Below, piece by piece: positions 57,242 to 64,000 of a stretch of 64,000 bases of DNA (within the stretch, counting starts at the first letter, position 1; each line of letters opens with the position of its first letter). This stretch comes from Phyllobates terribilis (lineage: Eukaryota). A program made the translations under genes and the position numbers. The stretch spans positions 1,612,001 to 1,676,000 of the forward strand of contig NW_027362797.1 of the NCBI RefSeq assembly GCF_046119375.1, written 5' to 3'. The notes under the pieces are model-generated. The model saw nothing but the letters and a program-made list of their open reading frames with translations, was not told the origin of the DNA and made no database searches.

Positions 57242-57259
57242 ATCCTGCCGACTACGCCA
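57242..57259 (-). promoter_or_regulatory. tRNA-Ser primer-binding site of element D
   Basis: TGGCGTAGTCGGCAGGAT on the minus strand, 4 nt from the 5' LTR. Confidence 0.92.
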
Positions 57260-59192
57260 AAGTTGACGCACCCCCTGGGCCATGTGCAAGGGATACCCGG
57301 AGCCGGATCTGGATAGGGGTAGTAGTCCTTGTGGCGGTGACCCGGTCCGTGCCCAGGGTGTCAAACTAAGTGGCAGTCTATGGCAGTAGATGTTAACTTG
57401 ATTGTCGACTACGCCACCCGTTGAGTGCGGCTTTGACGCCGCCGCTGCACAGCAGTCCGCTGAGGCCGGTGGTATATGTGCAGCAGTGATGGTATAACCC
57501 CCAACGGGATGGGTATGGCCTCAGGGCAGCAGGTGTGGATGATGGGGGTTGTGATGATGCAGAAAGAAGACTCAGAGTCAGGAGATGCAGTTCAGGGTTT
57601 TTACTTACTGGTGTTCTTTTGGTCACTCTGGCCTTGAGTGACCACCCGAGCCGTGCTGCGTCCACCAGGTCCTGGACTCGGCTAACCCCCAGGCGATTCC
57701 GGAGCGTGGTCCTGAGCTCCCTTCTGACTCTCTCTCTCTCTCTGGCTGTTCCCACCAGGGATCCACCTGTGTCCGGCTCCCTCGGGTCTCTTGTTGGTTG
57801 AACCTTCCCTGGCTTCCCTGACCCTATGCTCGGTGTGCCATTCTGGTGGATTTGGTGAGGATCGTGGCAGATCCTGCCCACGACCTCCGGTTCCTGGCTA
57901 AGGTTTGTTTTGGCCTCTGCCAGCTTGGGATCCGGTACCCTTGTCCGCCAACCCTTCACCCTTTTGTCTTTATTCTGGGGTCTTGGGGTTCCCTTCTTGT
58001 CTTTCTCTCTGGGTCCTTCTTTTCTCCTCTCTCCCTCTGCAGGCTTGGCTCTGGAGCTGGGCCCAGCCGGAGCCACAGCTCCCTGTCAGCCCTCCTGGCT
58101 GAGCTCCTCTGCTCTGCTCCTCAGGCTAAAAAGACCCTGTCCTAAGATTGTGCCCACCATATATACTCCCTCTATGTGTGAGCCCAGGTGACTAGCACCC
58201 AATGAGCTCCTAGCTTTACCCAGACTACTCCCCCTATCTGCCCCTACACTACTGGGATGTTCCACCCCCCTCCCACTCCAGCCAGGGACAGACGCTGTCG
58301 TACCTGCACATATACTGGTGGGAGTACCGTAGTTCTGTCCCCCGGAAATGGGATGTATGTAGTGCATGCAGCCTACTGAGTCCTGGTCCACACTCCATCC
58401 TTACCCGGGAGTGGAATACCACACCTCTGGCTTGAGGTGTAATACCCCTGTAGCAGCCGAATCCTCAGGGTGCTACACATGCAGACATGCCTGGATCAAT
58501 TACAGTCACCACTTAGAGCACTGAGAGCGGTGTCTGTAAAAACACCCTGACACTGACTGAGAGCCACACTGAACTGTGCACAGTAGAGCTGGCTGTCAGT
58601 CAGTGCCGGGATGTGCTTACAGTCGTCGCTCTCAGTGACCGGTGACTGTAATTGCTCTGAGTATGCCGGTTCTCTGCAAGCCGGCAGCTCCTGGATGAAG
58701 TAAAGTTCATTTTCTCCCGGGTGCTGCACTTTCAGTACTGCGGCCGGGCACTCTCATAGCACTATTATCCTATACAATAACCCTTTATCTGCAGATTAAT
58801 AGCATTATTGGACCTTACAGGTTCCCTTTTAGTTCATATTATTAGCAGCATATGGCTGCTGCAAAACGTATTAATTCCAATTAAAGCAACAAAGGTGTAC
58901 TTAATCTTTCACACACTGCTTTTCTATGTTGGCCTAGTTTTTGTCAAATACATAATGTCACAGAGTTATTTATCAGGAGTTGTTGTTTCCTGAGGTTGTA
59001 TTTCCTTAACTTTAAGACATTCAAAGCACCAAATGCTTTTTTATTTTGTCCTGATGTAAATCCATGGAATTCAAAGAGGGTGTACTTAGTTCTTCTCAAT
59101 GAGTATATGAGATGTATGATATCCCAAGTAGCAGCTTTTTACCATGTATACACGTTATCTTATGAAGCTGCTGGAAGTGATGTGAAACCTAC

Positions 59193-59322
59193 CGGCAGAA
59201 TCCAAGACTTTATCGGAAACCTGAATAATGGAATAACGTTGGTTATTCTTCTGTATGTTACCGCTTCGTCCGGATGTTGTTTTCAGTCCCTTATTCCACA
59301 CAATTTTCATTTTTTCAGGAAG
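59193..59322 (-). CDS. gcna: GCNA/ACRC-like gene, SprT exon (130 nt)
   Basis: tttttAG / GTAGGT; LPEKMKIVWNKGLKTTSG...IQVSDKVLDSA. Confidence 0.88.
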
Positions 59323-59780
59323 CTAAAAAGAGGAAACAATTTTCATTAAATCTGTAAACTCTTAGGTCCCAATCTATCAAAGCACCCAACGCTCATATGT
59401 AATTTACTTTACTGGTCTTCTTATATGGGGCATGGGGTATTGTGAGAAGTCCAAGTTGTGACAGCAACAACAAAAATAAACTTATAAAATGTCCAAATGT
59501 CAACTAAATGGATTTATTTATAAATGTAAAAATCCTTTCAACTTCAAACCATAATCTGAGAATCTCTATGTCTGTGAATGGTGGATATCATGTAGGTCTC
59601 CACTCATTCCATAGATAAGAACAAGGTTTTCCACAGATTTTCAATAACTCATTTTCAGAAGTGTAACCAAGGTATTAAGGTGCCCTCCAGAAAGCTAAAG
59701 CCACTTTTCTTGGAAATAATTGTTGGAGGAGGGAGATGATGTATTTGTCATGTATAACCCAGATACGGATGAAAGCATAC

Positions 59781-59925
59781 CTGATTAAAGAAGACTGTTT
59801 CATTATACAGCTGATACAGTTCTTGTGCTAGCTCCTCTTTATTCTCCTGGAAGTTTGTCACGTAGATGGAACTTGGTGATATGATGTCTTCCAGGAAACA
59901 ACCAGGGATTTTGCACATCGGCATA
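59781..59925 (-). CDS. gcna: GCNA/ACRC-like gene, exon (145 nt)
   Basis: ttcccAG / GTATGC; MCKIPGCFLEDI...NKEELAQELYQLYNETVF. Confidence 0.88.
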
Positions 59926-60021
59926 CTGGGAAAAATAAGGAATCATTTATAAATTCACAAGAAACATTTCTTACCTAGTTCATGGTTTTATATAGAGATA
60001 TTTATGTACAACATAACTCAC

Positions 60022-60067
60022 CTCTCCTCTGTGTCGGAGGTCTCCTCAGCATCAGATGGTTCATTAT
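60022..60067 (-). CDS. gcna: GCNA/ACRC-like gene, short acidic exon (46 nt)
   Basis: gaacAG / GTGAGT; (D)NEPSDAEETSDTEE(S); phase matches the next exon. Confidence 0.7.
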
Positions 60068-60726
60068 CTGTTCAGAAATATGGAACAGTGAAAAGATTTT
60101 TCTAAGTTTTAGGCTCAAAACTGATGATAAGACATGTCAGTATACAGGTCTATACTAGAGAGGGGTCTATAAACATGGAGTCTGGAGAGCCAATAAGACT
60201 GCAAATATATGTTCAAGCCAGAGCAGAATACATCACTGACCAGACTACCAGAGATCCTCAGGATCCAACATTAGGACCAGAATCGGACATGATAATGAGG
60301 TCCAAACCCAACAGGACCCAGGAGTTTTAGCAGACGTCTACCCCACCTGCTGCTCAGTTAAACTGTCCTTATTGATTATATGATTTCTATGTTCAGTAGA
60401 AGATTAGAAGAGAACATGTCCTATGTAGCCGGAGTGTGGACCCTCAAAAATCTCAACCATTCTAACAATGGTTTTCAGGAAATAAATGGAAGCTAAGATT
60501 AGATGATTTCCAACTAGATATGAAAAGTTAAGTCACTTAATATGTTCTGCACAGGTAATACTATCATATTAGTTATTTATGGCAGATCAAAAGTAAAGGT
60601 CTGTCCAGTGGGGCCTCCATCTAACATGAAACTAGACGTCCCATGACCTTATTTGCTATGTCATGGTAACTTTCATAGGTTTCAATGGAGATGTGGGGGC
60701 ACTTGTAAAAGACTCTACTGATGTCT

Positions 60727-61486
60727 ATCAGTGAATATGAATAGCGGTACCAGAGCGCCAATAACAGGGCAAAAATATTAAAAGGACTGATTTATTAATA
60801 CACACACAACGCGTTTCGGTGGACACAGCCACCTTCATCAGGTGTGACAAGCAGCAAACAATTGATCCTTATATACATTTGACTAGGTATACAATTACTT
60901 AAAAGGGGCGGGGCCAGATACAGAGTAATACCTCTATATTAACCCCTTGAGTTCATATATGCTCAATAGAGTAAAAAGGATTGTTATAAAATAATGCCTA
61001 ATGAAGCATATAGGGTTCTTATAAAAAGGATTCGCTGTAAAAAAAAACAACTTGTGAATCCTATAATCTTAATACTTCATAGGATATATTGTCATCTACC
61101 ACCCTATATTTTAGATTATATAAAAAAAAAATAATAATAATTTTTACATACAACATAAAACAATGCATAAATATAAAGTTATAAAATTACAATCAGTTTC
61201 TACCATTGTAATTAGGAAAAGTAGACGAAGAAAGGAAAGAGAAAAAAAAAGAGAAAAAAATAAAAAAATAAAAAAATAAAAAAATTCCAAAAAAATCCCC
61301 AAAAAAATCGCCCAAAAAAATAAATAAAAAAAATAAAAATTTTTTCTTTAAATTTTTTCTCCTTTCTCTCTCTCCTCCCTCCTCCCCTCCCTCTCTCCTT
61401 TCCCCTCTTCCCTCCTTCTCTCTCTCCTCCCCCCTCCTCCTCAATATAAAAGATATATATAATAAATTTGCTAAAATATGAAAACA
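60727..61486 (-). repeat. Left arm of ~760-bp near-perfect inverted repeat (partner 62192-62950)
   Basis: Reverse complement of 62192-62950 with only a few differences. Confidence 0.95.
60803..60846 (-). ncRNA. Minimal type I hammerhead ribozyme (minus-strand copy)
   Basis: Exact reverse complement of 62831-62874. Confidence 0.82.
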
Positions 61487-61494
61487 CATAGACT

Positions 61495-61745
61495 CGATAG
61501 ATAGACTCGAACGCCCCCATATATAGATTTGCATAACTGGGGGCAAACCTCGTCCCCATCGCGCAGCCCCTCAGCTGCCGATACATCACCCCCTCAAAAG
61601 AAAATACATTGTTCTCAAGAATGAAAGTTATACCCCTCAATAAAAAGTTTTTTTGAGGATCTTGTAAGTTAGGGTCCTCATCTAGGAATATTTTAATTGC
61701 CTGTAAACCCAGAAGACCGAACCATTCAGCTCCTATTAGCAATAA
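61495..61745 (-). pseudogene. Inverted PLE reverse transcriptase fragment
   Basis: ILENNVFSFEGVMYRQLRGCAMGTRFAPSYANLYMG. Confidence 0.9.
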
Positions 61746-62186
61746 TGTTATAAATGTAATGTCCCTAAATGCTTATGCTGTCAATCCATTGATAACGGAG
61801 CCAAAACATTCGTCTCTGCGGTCACTGGAGAGATATATCCCATTCGCTTTAGACTTACATGTCAGTCCTCATATGTGATCTATCTGCTCCAGTGCACCTG
61901 CGGCCTGCAATACATTGGCCGCACTATCCAGGAAATGCACTCAAGATTAAATAAACATCGCCAAAACATTAGAAACGGCTTTCCCCTACATAGTGTTTCT
62001 AATCATTTCTTAAAAGAACATCAAAAAAATCCTAATAACCTAAAACTAACTATCATTGATCATATAGTTGATACACACCCTGATAGACTAAATCGTCTCA
62101 TTACATGTGAAAATTATTGGATTTTCAAAATGGGAACCTTGTCTCCTGAAGGTTTGAACCTTAATATAGAGAAGACAACTTTTTAA
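61746..62186 (+). pseudogene. PLE zinc-binding linker and GIY-YIG endonuclease
   Basis: CYKCNVPKCLCC...LTCQSSYVIYLLQCTCGLQYIGRT...HRQNI...SVSNHF...ENYWIFKMGTLSPEGLN. Confidence 0.92.
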
Positions 62187-62191
62187 ATAAT

Positions 62192-62950
62192 TGTTTTCAT
62201 ATTTTAGCAAATTTATTATATATATCTTTTATATGGAGGAGGAGGGGGGAGGAGAGAGAGAAGGAGGGAAGAGGGGAAAGGAGAGAGGGAGGGGAGGAGG
62301 GAGGAGAGAGAGAAAGGAGAAAAAATTTAAAGAAAAGTTTTTTATTTTTTTTATTTATTTTTTTGGGGGATTTTTTTGGGGATTTTTTTTGGAATTTTTT
62401 TTTTTCTCTTTTTTTTTCTCTTTCCTTTTTTTTCTCTTTCCTTTCTTCGTCTACTTTTCCTAATTACAATGGTAGAAACTGATTGTAATTTTATAACTTT
62501 ATATTTATGCATTGTTTTATGTTGTATGTAAAAATTATTATTATTATTTTTTTATATAATCTAAAATATAGGGTGGTAGATGACAATATATCCTATGAAG
62601 TATTAAGATTATAGGATTCACAAGTTTTGTTTTTTTTTACAGCGAATCCTTTTTATAAGAACCCTATATGCTTCATTAGGCATTATTTTATAACAATCCT
62701 TTTTACTCTATTGAGCATATATGAACTCAAGGGGTTAATATAGAGGTATTACTCTGTATCTGGCCCCGCCCCTTTTAAGTAATTGTATACCTAGTCAAAT
62801 GTATATAAGGATCAATTGTTTGCTGCTTGTCACACCTGATGAAGGTGGCTGTGTCCACCGAAACGCGTTGTGTGTGTATTAATAAATCAGTCCTTTTAAT
62901 ATTTTTGCCCTGTTATTGGCGCTCTGGTACTGCTATTCATATTCACTGAT
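62192..62950 (+). repeat. Right arm (PLE 3' UTR / pseudo-LTR) with polypurine and poly-T tracts
   Basis: Follows the EN stop codon directly; inverted copy at 60727-61486. Confidence 0.95.
62831..62874 (+). ncRNA. Minimal type I hammerhead ribozyme
   Basis: cacac-CTGATGA-a-ggtgg(ctgtgt)ccacc-GAAA-CGCG-TT-gtgtg: full core, 5-bp stems I and II, palindromic ACGCGT stem III. Confidence 0.85.
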
Positions 62951-63501
62951 TGTCCCTTTCCCCCTGTTGGGGTGTGGTAGAGCTGCCTTTAATCTATTGT
63001 TTTTTCACCTGTGGGAGCAATTTAATTAAAATTACTACCCTGGTTTTCCAAGCTGCGCTGCCTTAACCCCTCCGGAACGTTGCCGGGGGTGTTGGTGAAG
63101 CTGGGCGTCCATCTCGACGTTACATGCTACTAACCTGACCACGTGATCCACCACCGAGAGATCAGGATCTGTGAACGCCGCTGGAAATAGATGACAGCCA
63201 CCAACAGAGCGGAGCTTGTGGAGCTTTACACTGGGGTTGTGCAGAGGTGCACAACTTCATAAGGTTAGTAGCCATCCTCACACCCCTCTAACAATTGCAA
63301 TACTGAGTCACCCATTGCGCCTTGTTCTCTCCTCTCTTTACATATTGAGTCTGCTATTGCTGGGGGCTTAGCCTCAAGACCAGGAGCTGCAAATTGGGCG
63401 ACCCAGATTGTTCTACACATCGAGAGACGGAAAAACCTTGCAGAATCATCAACAGATAAGAACTGTGTTTAAGACTTTAAAATCTAAATTGCTGGATCAT
63501 T

Positions 63502-64000
63502 ATGGACTTTTATGTGACCAATAGAGAGAAATTTAGATTATCTCTGATCAATACAGCCCTTAGTAAAGACTTTAAAGATGGCGACAGATGCATATATAAT
63601 AATCCAACTATGCTGAATGATATAGATCAAAAAAGGTTACGTGGACTGTTTTTGAACTTAGAAAATAATAGCAAAATAGAAATAACTAATCACATAGACA
63701 CAATGTTTTTAGAACATTACATTAAGGATAACATAATACCCAAGGGATTGAGAATGAATCTCAATTCATCCTTTCCTCAGGATATTGTTTTTACTGAAAG
63801 ATGGGACAGGTGTATTTCTGATTGCTCAACAACACTGATCAGATTGTTGATTGATAAAAGGAATACTCTGGCTATGCATGCTTTAGAAACAATAGCTAAA
63901 ATTAAAGGGGATTTGGAGTTCTTTTCTTCATCTACGGAATATTTTGCCACAGATAATGAGGTAAAACTAAGACTGGCTAAGTTTGAAAATGATTTAATAA
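63502..64000 (+). CDS. N-terminus of a PLE polyprotein ORF, open to the window edge (absent from the ORF track)
   Basis: My translation: MDFYVTNREKF...FLEHYIKDNIIPKGLRMNL...ERWDRCISDCSTTLIRLLID, no stop in 166 codons; the IPKGLR motif resembles PLE N-termini. Confidence 0.7.
   Translation, partial: MDFYVTNREKFRLSLINTALSKDFKDGDRCIYNNPTMLNDIDQKRLRGLFLNLENNSKIEITNHIDTMFLEHYIKDNIIPKGLRMNLNSSFPQDIVFTERWDRCISDCSTTLIRLLIDKRNTLAMHALETIAKIKGDLEFFSSSTEYFATDNEVKLRLAKFENDLI

Larger units (their letters stand above)
53754..58477 (-). mobile_element. LTR element D: non-autonomous LTR retrotransposon (4,724 bp) with a single cold-shock-domain ORF
   Basis: LTRs 53754-54969 and 57264-58477 (~5 substitutions plus a 2-bp CT-repeat indel), 4-bp TSD CATG, tRNA-Ser PBS 57242-57259, PPT accaggggggaa next to 54969; no PR/RT/INT motifs. 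Confidence 0.95.
53595..58827. mobile_element. T2/Kolobok-type hairpin MITE split by LTR element D (in a gcna-like intron)
   Basis: TTAA|TGGGAACCTGTCA ... TTACAGGTTCCCT|TTTA; inverted gaaaatgaacttta / taaagttcattttc. Confidence 0.8.
60727..64000 (+). mobile_element. Penelope-like element with inverted terminal duplication and start of a tandem copy, truncated by the window end
   Basis: Inverted arms, RT fragment, GIY-YIG domain, hammerheads, PLE-type N-terminal ORF. Confidence 0.9.

Noticed and set aside
41940-57259. tRNA genes at the tRNA-Ser matches and at the SINE head (52.6 kb)
   Set aside because: The matches are 11-18 nt antisense primer sites, and the SINE head lacks a full cloverleaf and continues into a SINE core.
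57393-58391. ORFs of 65-227 aa within the LTRs of D, and similar ones in C and B
   Set aside because: Duplicated only because the LTRs are duplicated; GC-rich, with no recognisable domains.
60360-60726. Further upstream gcna-like exons
   Set aside because: No segment with convincing splice sites, compatible phase and acidic coding character could be identified by eye.
61193-62463. Phe/Lys/Glu/Gly-rich ORFs resembling membrane proteins
   Set aside because: Translations of poly-T and polypurine low-complexity tracts in the PLE 3' UTR arms.

Overview
Eukaryotic, intron-containing, repeat-dominated DNA; the transposon families point to an anuran amphibian (inference). Most of the window is mobile elements and tandem arrays. 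(1) 1-8.3 kb: hAT-type MITE pieces, a Penelope-like (PLE) GIY-YIG remnant carrying a Tc1 insertion, 31-bp satellites and solo LTRs. (2) 8341-21779: a three-level nest in which chromoviral Gypsy A contains a piggyBac that contains a near-intact chromoviral Gypsy B with identical LTRs. Both Gypsies show Tf1/sushi-type self-priming signatures. (3) ~25.1-30.2 kb: a decayed Ngaro/DIRS tyrosine-recombinase retrotransposon with an SGNH hydrolase ORF. (4) 30366-40592: a 10.2-kb hAT element with an 8-bp TSD, filled by a 6.6-kb CpG-rich 30-bp minisatellite. (5) 40911-48850: a decayed tRNA-Ser-primed Gypsy C. (6) 53754-58477: a young non-autonomous LTR element D related to Gypsy C, whose only ORF encodes a coiled-coil/Pro-rich protein ending in a cold-shock domain. 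This is the most unusual item in the window. (7) The only host gene found is a minus-strand GCNA/ACRC-like SprT gene: five exons between 52748 and 60067 splice in frame, but the catalytic HExxH reads HKMCH. (8) 60727-64000: a PLE with 760-bp inverted arms, each carrying a minimal hammerhead ribozyme. No rRNA, tRNA gene or CRISPR array was found.
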